Shown here piece by piece: positions 50,593 to 62,055 of a stretch of DNA of 64,000 bases. The stretch covers positions 131,130,001-131,194,000 of the forward strand of contig OZ024744.1 of the NCBI GenBank assembly GCA_964016885.1. Direction: 5' to 3'. This DNA comes from Eledone cirrhosa (Eukaryota). Numbering within the stretch: position 1 is the stretch's first letter; every line of letters starts with the position of its first letter. A model generated the notes under the pieces. The model ran no database searches. It saw nothing but the letters and a program-made list of their open reading frames with translations, and was not told the DNA's origin. The position numbers were made by a program, and so were the translations under genes.

Positions 50593-51928
50593 AGTCGGGG
50601 TTAAGTTAAGTTGGGGGTAAGTTAAGTTGGGATTAAGTTAAGTTGCGGTTAAGTTGGGGTTAAGTTAAGTTGGGGTTAAGTTAAGTCGGGGTAATTTAAG
50701 TCGGGGTTAAGTTAAGTTAGGGTTAAGTTAAGTTGGGGTTAAGTTAAAGTTGGGGTTGAGTTAAGTTGCGGTTGAGTTAAATTGGGGTTGAGTTAAGTTG
50801 GGGTTGAGTGAAGTTGGTGTTGAGTTAAGTTGGGGTTAAGTTAAGTTGGGGTTAAGTTATGTTGCGGTTAAGTTAAGTTGAGGTTAAGTTAAGTTGGGGT
50901 TAACTTAAGTGTGGGTTAAGTTCAGTTGGGGTTAAGTTAAGTTGGCGTTGAGTTAAGTTGGGGTTGAGTTAAATTGGGGTTGAGTTAAGTTGGGGTTGAG
51001 TTAAGTTGGTGTTGAGTTAAGTTGGGGTTAAGTTAAGTTGGGGTTAAGTTAAGTTGCGGTTAAGTTAAGTTGAGGTTAAGTTAAGTTGGGGTTAACTTAA
51101 GTGTGGGTTAAGTTAAGTTGGGGTTAAGTTAAGTTGGGGTTAAGTTAAGTTGGTGTTAAGTTAAGTTGGGGCTGAGTTAAGTTGGGGCTGAGTTAAGTTG
51201 GGGCTGAGTTAAGTTGGGGTTCAGTTAAGTTGGGGTTGAGTTAAGTTGCGGTTAAGTTAAGTTGGGGTTAAGTTAAGTTGGAGTTATGTTAAGTTGGGGT
51301 TAAGGTAGGTTGGGGTTAAGTTAAGTTGGGGTTGAGTTAAGTTGGGGTTGAGTTAAATTGGGGTTGAGTTAAGTTGGGGTTGAGTTAAGTTGGTGTTGAG
51401 TTAAGTTGGGGTTAAGTTAAGTTGGGGTTAAGTTAAGTTGCGGGTAATTTAAGTTGGGGTTAAGTTAAGTTGGGGTTAAGTTAAGTTGGGGTTAATTTAA
51501 GTTTGGGTTAAGTTAAGTTGGGGTTAAGTTAATTTGGGGTTAAGTTAAGTTGGGGTTAAGTTAAGTTGGGGTTTATTTAAGTTGGGGTTAAGTTAAGTTG
51601 GGGTTCAGTTAAGTTGGGGTTCAGTTAAGTTGGGGTTAAGTTAAGTTGGGGTTAAGATGGGGTTAAATTAAGTTGGGGTTAAGTTAAGTTGGTTAGTTAA
51701 GTTGAGGTTAAGTTAAGTTGGGGTTAATTTAAGTTGGGGTTAAGTTAAGTTGGGCTTAACTTAAGTTGGGGTTAATTTAAGTTGGGGTTAAGTTAAGTTG
51801 GGGTTCAGTTAAGTTGGGGTTAAGTCAAGTTGGGGTTAAGTTGGGGTTAAATTAAGTTGGGGTTAAGTTAAGTTGGGGTCAAGTTAAGTTAGGGCTAAGT
51901 TAAGTTGGGGTTAAGTTAAGTTGGGGTT

Positions 51929-52128
51929 AACCCCAACTTAACTTAACCCCAACTTCACTCAAACCCAACTTAACTCAACCCCAACTTAACTTAACCCCAG
52001 CTTCACTCAACCCCAACTTAACTTAACCCCAACTTCACTCAACCCCAACTTAACTCAACCCCAACTTAACTTAACCCCAACTTGACTTAACCCCAACTTA
52101 ACTTAACCCCAACTTAACTTAACCCCAA
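51929..52128 (-). repeat. Inverted satellite cassette 23 (200 bp, A2)
   Basis: A markers; offset 1536 from cassette 22. Confidence 0.97.
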
Positions 52129-53910
52129 AGTCGGGGTTAAGTTAAGTTGGGGGTAAGTTAAGTTGGGATTAAGTTAAGTTGCGGTTAAGTTGGGGTTAAG
52201 TTAAGTTGGGGTTAAGTTAAGTCGGGGTAATTTAAGTCGGGGTTAAGTTAAGTTAGGGTTAAGTTAAGTTGGGGTTAAGTTAAAGTTGGGGTTGAGTTAA
52301 GTTGCGGTTGAGTTAAATTGGGGTTGAGTTAAGTTGGGGTTGAGTGAAGTTGGTGTTGAGTTAAGTTGGGGTTAAGTTAAGTTGGGGTTAAGTTATGTTG
52401 CGGTTAAGTTAAGTTGAGGTTAAGTTAAGTTGGGGTTAACTTAAGTGTGGGTTAAGTTCAGTTGGGGTTAAGTTAAGTTGGGGTTGAGTTAAGTTGGGGT
52501 TGAGTTAAATTGGGGTTGAGTTAAGTTGGGGTTGAGTTAAGTTGGTGTTGAGTTAAGTTGGGGTTAAGTTAAGTTGGGGTTAAGTTAAGTTGCGGTTAAG
52601 TTAAGTTGAGGTTAAGTTAAGTTGGGGTTAACTTAAGTGTGGGTTAAGTTAAGTTGGGGTTAAGTTAAGTTGGGGTTAAGTTAAGTTGGTGTTAAGTTAA
52701 GTTGGGGCTGAGTTAAGTTGGGGCTGAGTTAAGTTGGGGCTGAGTTAAGTTGGGGTTCAGTTAAGTTGGGGTTGAGTTAAGTTGCGGTTAAGTTAAGTTG
52801 GGGTTAAGTTAAGTTGGGGTTATGTTAAGTTGGGGTTAAGGTAGGTTGGGGTTAAGTTAAGTTGGGGTTGAGTTAAGTTGGGGTTGAGTTAAATTGGGGT
52901 TGAGTTAAGTTGGGGTTGAGTTAAGTTGGTGTTGAGTTAAGTTGGGGTTAAGTTAAGTTGGGGTTAAGTTAAGTTGCGATTAAGTTAAGTTGAGGTTAAG
53001 TTAAGTTGGGGTTAACTTAAGTGTGGGTTAAGTTAAGTTAAGGTTAAGTTAAGTTGGGGTTAAGTTAAGTTGGGGTTAAGTTAAGTTGGGGTTAAGTTAA
53101 GTTGGTGTTAAGTTAAGTTGGGGCTGAGTTAAGTTGGGGCTGAGTTAAGTTGGGGCTGAGTTAAGTTGGGGTTCAGTTAAGTTGGGGTTGAGTTAAGTTG
53201 CGGTTAAGTTAAGTTGGGGTTAAGTTAAGTTGGGGTTATGTTAAGTTGGGGTTTAGTTAAGTTGGGGTTCATTTAAGTTGGGGTTAAGTTAAGTTTAGGT
53301 TAAGTTGGGGTTAAATTAATTTGGGGTTAAGTTAAGTTGGGGTTAAGTTAAGTTGGGGTTAATTTAAGTTGGGGTTAATTTAAGTTGGGGTTAAGTTAAG
53401 TTGCGGGTAATTTAAGTTGGGGTTAAGTTAAGTTGGGGTTAAGTTAAGTTGGGGTTAAGTTAAGTTGGGGTTAAGTTAAGTTAAGTTGGGGCTAATTTAA
53501 GTTGGGGCTGAGTTAAGTTGGGGTTAAGTTAAGTTGGGGTTAAGTTAATTTGGGGTTAAGTTGGGGTTAAGTTAAGTTGGGGTTTATTTAAGTTGGGGTT
53601 AAGTTAAGTTGGGGTTCAGTTAAGTTGGGGTTCAGTTAAGTTGGGGTTAAGTTAAGTTGGGGTTAAGATGGGGTTAAATTAAGTTGGGGTTAAGTTAAGT
53701 TGGGCTTAAGTTAAGTTGGGGTTAATTTAAGTTGGGGTTAAGTTAAGTTGGGGTTCAGTTAAGTTGGGGTTAAGTCAAGTTGGGGTTAAGTTGGGGTTAA
53801 ATTAAGTTGGGGTTAAGTTAAGTTGGGGTCAAGTTAAGTTAGGGTTAAGTTAAGTTGGGGTTAAGTTAAGTTGGGGTTAAGTTAATTTGTGGTTAAGTTA
53901 AGTTGGGGTT

Positions 53911-54110
53911 AACCCCAACTTAACTTAACCCCAACTTCACTCAAACCCAACTTAACTCAACCCCAACTTAACTTAACCCCAGCTTCACTCAACCCCAACT
54001 TAACTTAACCCCAACTTCACTCAACCCCAACTTAACTCCACCGCAACTTAACTTAACCCCAACTTGACTTAGCCCCAACTTAACTTAACCCCAACTTAAC
54101 TTAACCCCAA
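53911..54110 (-). repeat. Inverted satellite cassette 24 (200 bp, A2)
   Basis: A markers plus private CTCCACCGC and TAGCCCC; offset 1982 from cassette 23. Confidence 0.97.
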
Positions 54111-56828
54111 AGTCGGGGTTAAGTTAAGTTGGGGGTAAGTTAAGTTGGGATTAAGTTAAGTTGCGGTTAAGTTGGGGTTAAGTTAAGTTGGGGTTAAGTT
54201 AAGTCGGGGTAAGTTAAGTCGGGGTTAAGTTAAGTTAGGGTTAAGTTAAGTTGGGGTTAAGTTAAAGTTGGGGTTGAGTTAAGTTGCGGTTGAGTTAAAT
54301 TGGGGTTGAGTTAAGTTGGGGTTGAGTGAAGTTGGTGTTGAGTTAAGTTGGGGTTAAGTTAAGTTGGGGTTAAGTTATGTTGCGGTTAAGTTAAGTTGAG
54401 TTTAAGTTAAGTTGGGGTTAACTTAAGTGTGGGTTAAGTTCAGTTGGGGTTAAGTTAAGTTGGGGTTGAGTTAAGTTGGGGTTGAGTTAAATTGGGGTTG
54501 AGTTAAGTTGGGGTTGAGTTAAGTTGGTGTTGAATTAAGTTGGGGTTAGGTTAAGTTGGGGTTAAGTTAAGTTGCGGTTAAGTTAAGTTGAGGTTAAGTT
54601 AAGTTGGGGTTAACTTAAGTGTGGGTTAAGTTAAGTTGGGGTTAAGTTAAGTTGGGGTTAATTTAAGTTGGTGTTAAGTTAAGTTGGGGCTGAGTTAAGT
54701 TGGGGCTGAGTTAAGTTGGGGCTGAGTTAAGTTGGGGTTCAGTTAAGTTGGGGTTGAGTTAAGTTGCGGTTAAGTTAAGTTGGGGTTAAGTTAAGTTGGG
54801 GTTATGTTAAGTTGGGGTTAAGGTAGGTTGGGGTTAAGTTAAGTTGGGGTTGAGTTAAGTTGGGGTTGAGTTAAATTGGGGTTGAGTTAAGTTGGGGTTG
54901 AGTTAAGTTGGTGTTGAGTTAAGTTGGGGTTAAGTTAAGTTGGGGTTAAGTTAAGTTGCGATTAAGTTAAGTTGAGGTTAAGTTAAGTTGGGGTTAACTT
55001 AAGTGTGGGTTAAGTTAAGTTAAGGTTAAGTTAAGTTGGGGTTAAGTTAAGTTGGGGTTAAGTTAAGTTGGGGTTAAGTTAAGTTGGTGTTAAGTTAAGT
55101 TGGGGCTGAGTTAAGTTGGGGCTGAGTTAAGTTGGGGCTGAGTTAAGTTGGGGTTCAGTTAAGTTGGGGTTGAGTTAAGTTGCGGTTAAGTTAAGTTGGG
55201 GTTAAGTTAAGTTGGGGTTATGTTAAGTTGGGGTTTAGTTAAGTTGGGGTTCATTTAAGTTGGGGTTAAGTTAAGTTTAGGTTAAGTTGGGGTTAAATTA
55301 ATTTGGGGTTAAGTTAAGTTGGGGTTAAGTTAAGTTGGGGTTAATTTAAGTTGGGGTTAATTTAAGTTGGGGTTAAGTTAAGTTGCGGGTAATTTAAGTT
55401 GGGGTTAAGTTAAGTTGGGGTTAAGTTAAGTTGGGGTTAAGTTAAGTTGGGGTTAAGTTAAGTTTGGGTTAAGTTAAGTTGGGGCTAATTTAAGTTGGGG
55501 CTGAGTTAAGTTGGGGTTAAGTTAAGTTGGGGTTAAGTTAATTTGGGGTTAAGTTGGGGTTAAGTTAAGTTGCGGTTTATTTAAGTTGGGGTTAAGTTAA
55601 GTTGGGGTTCAGTTAAGTTGGGGTTCAGTTAAGTTGGGGTTAAGTTAAGTTGGGGTTAAGTTAAGTTGGTTAGTTAAGTTGAGGTTAAGTTAAGTTGGGG
55701 TTAAGTTAAGTTGGGGTTAAGTTAAGTTGGGGTTAATTTAAGTTGGGGCTAAGTTAAGTTGGGGCTAAGTTAAGTTGGAGCTAAGTTAAGTTGGGTTTAA
55801 GTTAAGGTGGGGTTAAGTTAAGTTGAGGTTAAGTTAAGTTGGGGTTAAGTTAAGTTGGTGTTAAGTTAAGTTGGGGCTGAGTTAAGTTGGGGCTGAGTTA
55901 AGTTGGGGCTGAGTTAAGTTGGGGTTGAGTTAAGTTGGGGTTGAGTTACGTTGCGGTTAAGTTAAGTTGGGGTTAAGTTAAGTTGGGGTTATGTTAAGTT
56001 GGGGTTAAGTTAAGTTGGGGTTGAGTTAAGTTGGGGTTGAGTTAAATTGGGGTTGAGTTAAGTTGGGGTTGAGTTAAGTTGGTGTTGAGTTAAGTTGGGA
56101 TTAAGTTAAGTTGGGGTTAAGTTAAGTTGCGGTTAAGTTAAGGTGAGGTTAAGTTAAGTTGGGGTTAACTTAAGTTGGGGTTAAGTTAAGTTGGGGTTAA
56201 GTTAAGTTGGGGTTAAGTTAAGTTGGTGTTAAGTTAAGTTGGGGCTGAGTTAAGTTGGGGCTGAGTTAAGTTGGGGCTGAGTTAAGTTGGGGTTCAGTTA
56301 AGTTGGGGTTGAGTTAAGTTGCGGTTAATTTAAGTTGGGGTTAAGTTAAGTTGGGGTTCATTTAAGTTGGGGTTAAGTTAAGTTTGGGTTAAGTTGGGGT
56401 TAAATTAATTTGGGGTTAAGTTAAGTTGGGGTTAAGTTAAGTTGGGGTTAAGTTAAGTTGGGGTTAATTTAAGTTGGGGTTAATTTAAGTTGCGGGTAAT
56501 TTAAGTTGGGGTTAAGTTAAGTTGGGGTTAAGTTAAGTTGGGGTTAAGTTAAGTTGGGGTTAAGTTAAGTTGGGTTTAAGTTAAGTTGGGGCTGAGTTAA
56601 GTTGGGGTTAATTTAAGTTGGGGTTAAGTTAAGTTGGGGTTAAGTTAAGTTGGGGTTTATTTAAGTTGGGGTTAAGTTAAGTTGGGGTTCAGTTAAGTTG
56701 GGGTTCAGTTAAGTTGGGGTTAAGTTAAGTTGGGGTTAAGATGGGGTTAAATTAAGTTGGGGTTAAGTTAAGTTGGGGTTAAGTTAAGTTGGGGTTAAGT
56801 TAAGTTGGGGTTAAGTTAAGTTGGGGTT

Positions 56829-56971
56829 AACCCCAACTTAACTTAACCGCAACTTCACTCAACCCCAACGTAACTCAGCCCCAACTTAACTTAACCCCAA
56901 CTTCACTCAACCCCAACTTCCAACTTGACTTAACCCCAACTTAACTTAGCCCCAACTTAACTTAAGCCCAA
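56829..56971 (-). repeat. Inverted satellite cassette 25 (143 bp, B with internal 57-bp deletion)
   Basis: B markers AACGTAACTC and AAGCCCAAAGTC; out-of-register join CCCCAACTTC/CAACTTGACT near 56920. Confidence 0.95.
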
Positions 56972-59900
56972 AGTCGGGGTTAAGTTAAGTTGGCGTTAAG
57001 TTAAGTTAGGCTTAACTTAAGTTGGGGTTCAGTTAAGTTGGGGGTAAGTTAAGTTGGGGGTAAGTTAAGTTGGGGTTAAGTTAAGTTGCGGTTAAGTTGG
57101 GGTTAAGTTAAGTTAGGGTTAAGTTAAGTTGGGGTTGAGTTAAGTTGGGGTTAATTAAGTGGTGGTTATGTTAAGTTGGGGTTAAGTTAAGTTGGGGTTA
57201 ATTTAAATTGGGGTTAAGTTAACTTTGTGGTTAAGTTAAGTTGGGGTTAAGTTAAGTTGGGGTAAAGTTGGGGTTGAGTTAAGTTGGGGTTGAGTGAAGT
57301 TGGGGTTAAGTTAAGTTGGGGTTAAGTTAAGTTGGGGTTAAGATAAGTCGGGGTTAAATTAAGTTGTGGTTGAGTTAAGTTGGGGTTAATTTAAGTTGGG
57401 GCTAAGTTAATTTGTGGTTAAGTTAAGTTGGGGTTAAGTTAAGTTGGGGTTAAGTTAAGTCGGGGTAAGTTAAGTCGGGGTTAAGTTAAGTTAGGGTTAA
57501 GTTAAGTTGGGGTTAAGTTAAGTTGGGGTTGAGTTAAGTTGGGGTTGAGTTAAATTGGGGTTGAGTTAAGTTGGTGTTGAGTTAAGTTGGTGTTGAGTTA
57601 AGTTGGGGTTAAGTTAAGTTGGGGTTAAGTTAAGTTGCGGTTAAGTTAAGTTGAGGTTAAGTTAAGTTGGGGTTAACTTAAGTGTGGGTTAAGTTAAGTT
57701 GGGGTTAAGTTAAGTTGGGGTTAAGTTAAGTTGGTGTTAAGTTAAATTGGGGTTGAGTTAAGTTGGGGCTGAGTTAAGTTGGGGCTGAGTTAAGTTGTGG
57801 TTCAGTTAAGTTGGGGTTGAGTTAAGTTGCGGTTAAGTTAAGTTGGGGTTAAGTTAAGTTGGGGTTATGTTAAGTTGGGGTTGAGGTAGGTTGGGGTTAA
57901 GTTAAGTTGGGGTTGAGTTAAGTTGGGGTTGAGTTAAATTGGGGTTGAGTTAAGTTGGGGTTGAGTTAAGTTGGTGTTGAGTTAAGTTGGGGTTAAGTTA
58001 AGTTGGGGTTAAGTTAAGTTGCGGTTAAGTTAAGTTGGGGTTAAGTTAAGTTGGGGTTAAGTTAAGTTGGGGTTAAGTTAAGTTGGGGTTAAGTTAAGTT
58101 GGTGTTAAGTTAAGTTGGGGCTGAGTTAAGTTGGGGCTGAGTTAAGTTGGGGCTGAGTTAAGTTGGGGTTCAGTTAAGTTGGGGTTAAGTTAAGTTGGGG
58201 TTATGTTAAGTTGGGGTTTAGTTAAGTTGGGGTTCATTTAAGTTGGGGTTAAGTTAAGTTTAGGTTAAGTTGGGGTTAAATTAATTTGGGGTTAAGTTAA
58301 GTTGGGGTTAAGTTAAGTTGGGGTTAATTTAAGTTGGGGTTAATTTAAGTTGGGGTTAAGTTAAGTTGCGGGTAATTTAAGTTGGGGTTAAGTTAAGTTG
58401 GGGTTAAGTTAAGTTGGGGTTAAGTTAAGTTGGGGTTAAGTTAAGTTTGGGTTAAGTTAAGTTGGGGCTAATTTAAGTTGGGGCTGAGTTAAGTTGGGGT
58501 TAAGTTAAGTTGGGGTTAAGTTAATTTGGGGTTAAGTTGGGGTTAAGTTAAGTTGGGGTTTATTTAAGTTGGGGTTAAGTTAAGTTGGGGTTCAGTTAAG
58601 TTGGGGTTCAGTTAAGTTGGGGTTAAGTTAAGTTGGGGTTAAGTTAAGTTGGTTAGTTAAGTTGAGGTTAAGTTAAGTTGGGGTTAAGTTAAGTTGGGGT
58701 TAAGTTAAGTTGGGGTTAATTTAAGTTAGGGTTAAGTTAAGTTGGGGTTCAGTTAAGTTGGGGTTAAGTCAAGTTGGGGTTAAGTTGGGGTTAAATTAAG
58801 TTGGGGCTAAGTTAAGTTGGGGCTAAGTTAAGTTGGGGCTAAGTTAAGTTGGGGTTCAGTTAAGTTGGGGTTAAGTTAAGTTTGGGTTAAGTTGGGGTTA
58901 AATTAAGTTGGGGTTAAGTTAAGTTGGGGTTTAGTTAAGTTGGGGTTAATTTAAGTTGGGGTTAATTTAAGTTGCGGTTAAGTTAAGTTGGGGTTAAGTT
59001 AAGTGGTGGTTATGTTAAGTTGGGGTTAAGTTAAGTTGGGGTTAATTTAAATTGGGGTTAAGTTAACTTTGTGGTTAAGTTAAGTTGGGGTTAAGTTAAG
59101 TTGGGGTTAAGTTAAGTTGGGGTTGCGTTAAGTCGGGGTTGAGTGAAGTTGGGGTTAAGTTAAGTTGGGGTTAATTTAAGTTGGGGTTAAGTTAAGTCGG
59201 GCTTAAGTTAAGTTGGGGTTAAGTTAATTTGGGGTTAAGTTAAGTTGGGGTTAAGTTAAGTTGGGGTTGAGTTAAGTTGGGGTTGAGTTAATTTAGGGTT
59301 AAGTTAAGTTGGGGTTAAGTTAAGTTGGGTTTAAGTTAAGTTGGGGTTAAATTAAGTTGGGGTTAAATTAAGTTGGGGTTAAGTTAAGTTGGGGGTAAGT
59401 TAAGTTGGGGGCAAGTTAAGTTGGGGTTAAGTTAAGTTGGGGTTAAATTAAGTTGGGGTTAAGTTTAGTTGGTGTTAAGTTAAGTTGGGGTTTATTTAAG
59501 TTGGGGTTAATTAAGTTGGGGCTGAGTTAAGTTGGGGCTGAATTAAGTTGGGGTTAAGTTAAGTTGGGGTTGAGTTAAGTTGGGGTTAAGTTAAGTTGGG
59601 GTTAAGTTAAGTTGGGGTTCAGTTAAGTTGGGGTTAAGTTGGGGTTAAATTAATTTGGGGTTAAGTTAAGTTGGGGTTTAGTTTAGTTGGGGTTAAATTA
59701 AGTTGGGGTTAATTTAAGTTGGGGTTAAGTTAAGTTGCGGGTAATTTAAGTTGGGGTTAAGTTAAGTTGGGGTTAAGTTAAGTTGGGGTTAAGTTAAGTT
59801 GGGGTTAAGTTAAGTTGGGGGTAAGTTAAGTTGGGGGTAAGTTAAGTTGGGGTTAAGTTAAGTTGGGGTTAAGTTAAGTTAGGGTTAAGTTAAGTTGGGG

Positions 59901-60186
59901 TTGAGTTAAGTTGGGGTTAAGTTAAGTTGGGGTTATGTTAAGTTGGGGTTAAGTTAAGTTGGTTCGTTAAGTTGAGTTTAAGTTAAGTGGGGTTAATTTA
60001 AGTTGGGGTTAAGTTAAGTTGGGGTTAAGTTAAGTTGGGGTTAAGTTAAGTTGGGGTTAAGTTAAGTTGGGGTTCAGTTAAGTTGGGGTTAAGTCAAGTT
60101 GGGGTTAAGTTAAGTTGGGGTTATGTTAAGTTGGGGTTAAGTTAAGTTGGGGTTAAGTTAATTTGTGGTTAAGTTAAGTTGTGGTT

Positions 60187-60578
60187 AACCCCAACTTCAC
60201 TCAACCCCACCTTAACTCAACCCCAACTTAACTTAAGCCCAACTTCACTCAACCCCAACTTAACTTAACCCCAACTTCACTCAACCCCAACTTAACTCAA
60301 CCCCAACTTAACTTAACCCCAACTTAACTTAACCCTAACTTAACTTAACCCCAACTTAACTTAACTTCGACTTAACTTAACCCCAACTTAACTTAACCCC
60401 AACTTAACTTAACCCCAACTTAACTTAACCACAAATTAACTTAACCCCAACTTAAATTAACCCCAACTTAAATTAACCCCAACTTAACTTAACCCCAACT
60501 TAACTTAACCCCAACTTAAATTAACCCCAACTTGACTTAACCCCAAATTAACTTAACCCCAACTTAACTTAACCCCAA
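60187..60578 (-). repeat. Inverted satellite cassette 26 (392 bp, long form)
   Basis: Entry GTGGTT|AACCCC, exit CCCCAA|ATTCGGGG; extra middle monomers with CCCTA, TTCGAC, ACCACAAA. Confidence 0.96.
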
Positions 60579-61567
60579 ATTCGGGGTTAAGTTAAGTTGG
60601 GGTTAAATTAAGTTAGGCTTAACTTAAGTTGGGGTTAAGTTAATTTGGGGTTAAGTTCGGGTTAAGTTAAGTTAGGGTTAAGTTAAGTTGGGGTTGAGTT
60701 AAGTTGGGGTTAAGTTAAGTTGGGGTTAAGTTAAGTTGGGGTCAAGTTAAGTTGGGGTTAAAATTAAGTTGGGGTTAAATCAAGTTGGGGTTAAGTTAAA
60801 GTGGGGTTAATTTAGTTGGGGTTAAGTTAAGTTGGGGCTAAGTTAAGTTGGGGCTAAGTTAAGTTGGGACTAAGTTAAGTTGGGGTTAAGTTAAGTTGGG
60901 GTTAAGTTAAGTTGGGGTTAATTTAAGTTGGGATTGAGTTAAGTTGGGGTTAAGTTAAGTTGGGGTTATATTAAGTTGAGGTTAAGTTAAGTTGGGGTTA
61001 AGTTAAGTTGGGGTTCAGTTAAGTTGCGGTTAAGTTAAGTTGGGGTTAAGTTAAGTTGGGGTTAAGTTAAGTTGGGGTTAAGTTAAGTTGGGGTCAAGTT
61101 AAGTTGGGGTTAAGTTAAGTTGGGGTTAAATTAAGTTGGGGTTAATTTAAGTTGGGGTTAATTTAAGCTGGGGTTAAGTTAAGTTGGGGATAATTTAAGT
61201 TGGGGATAAGTTAAGTTGGGGTTAAGTTAAGTTGGGTTTAAGTTAAGTTGGGGTTAAGTTAAGTTGCGGTTAAGTTAAGTTGGTTAGTTAAGTTGAGTTT
61301 AAGTTAAGTTGGGGTTAATTTAAGTTGGGGTTAAGTTACGTTGGGGTTAAGTTAAGTTGGGGCTAAGTTAAGTTGGGGTTCAGTTAAGTTGGGGTTAAAT
61401 CAATTTGGGGTTAAGTTGGGGTTAAATTAATTTGGGGTTAAGTTAAGTTGGGGTTAAGTTAAGTTGGGGTTAAGTTAAGTTGGGGTTAAGTTAAGTTGGG
61501 GTTAAGTTAAGTTGGAGTTAAGTTAAGTTTGGGTTGAGTTAAGTTGGGGTTGAGTTAAATTGGGGTT

Positions 61568-62055
61568 AACTCCAACTTAAGTTAACCCCAACTTAACTTA
61601 ACCCCAACTTCACTCAACCCCAACTTAACTTAACCCCAACTTCACTCAACCCCAACTTAACTCAACCCCAACCTAACTTAACCCCAACTTCACTCAACCC
61701 CAACTTATCTTAACCCCAACTTCACTCAACCCCAACTTAACTCAACCCCAACTTAACTTAACCCCAACTTAACTTAACCCTAACTTAACTTAACCCCGAC
61801 TTAACTTAACCTCGACTTAACTTAACCCCAACTTAATTTAACCCCAACTTAACTTAACCCCAACTTAACTTAACCACAAATTAACTTAACCCCAACTTCA
61901 ATTAACCCCAACTTAACTTAACCCCAACTTAACTTAACCCCAACTTAACTTAACCCCAACTTAACTCACACCCAACTTACCTTACCCCCAACTTAACTTA
62001 ACCCCAACTTGACTTAACCCCAACTTAACTTAACCCCAACTTAACTTAACCCCAA
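61568..62055 (-). repeat. Inverted satellite cassette 27 (488 bp, long form)
   Basis: Entry GGGGTT|AACTCC, exit CCCCAA|ATTCGGGG; middle monomers CCCTA, CCCCGAC, CCTCGAC, ACCACAAA. Confidence 0.96.

Larger units (their letters stand above)
1..50926 (+). repeat. 25,759-bp direct tandem duplication (1-25167 repeated at 25760-50926; full second unit 25168-50926)
   Basis: All 11 cassettes of the first copy recur at exactly +25759 with their private variants. The match ends at TTCAGTC (25168) versus TTCAGTT (50927). Confidence 0.95.
49904..52978 (+). repeat. 1536-bp tandem duplication (approx. 49904-51439 and 51440-52978)
   Basis: GCGGGTAATTT at 49904/51440, cassettes 22/23 and TAAGGTAGG at 51301/52837 all at +1536; several substitutions between copies. 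Confidence 0.88.
51900..55660 (+). repeat. About 2-kb tandem duplication (offset 1982, then 1993)
   Basis: Cassettes 23/24 and GCGAT at 52976/54958 are at +1982; an 11-bp deletion near 53480 shifts the offset to 1993. Confidence 0.85.

Noticed and set aside
50393-51929. 1536 = 96 x 16 spacing as a designed or nucleosome-phased period
   Set aside because: The interval contains several length-variant monomers and the other spacings are mostly not multiples of 16, so it is probably coincidence.
851-62055. CRISPR-like array with cassettes as repeats
   Set aside because: The intervening sequence is kilobases of the same satellite, not unique spacers, and there are no cas genes.
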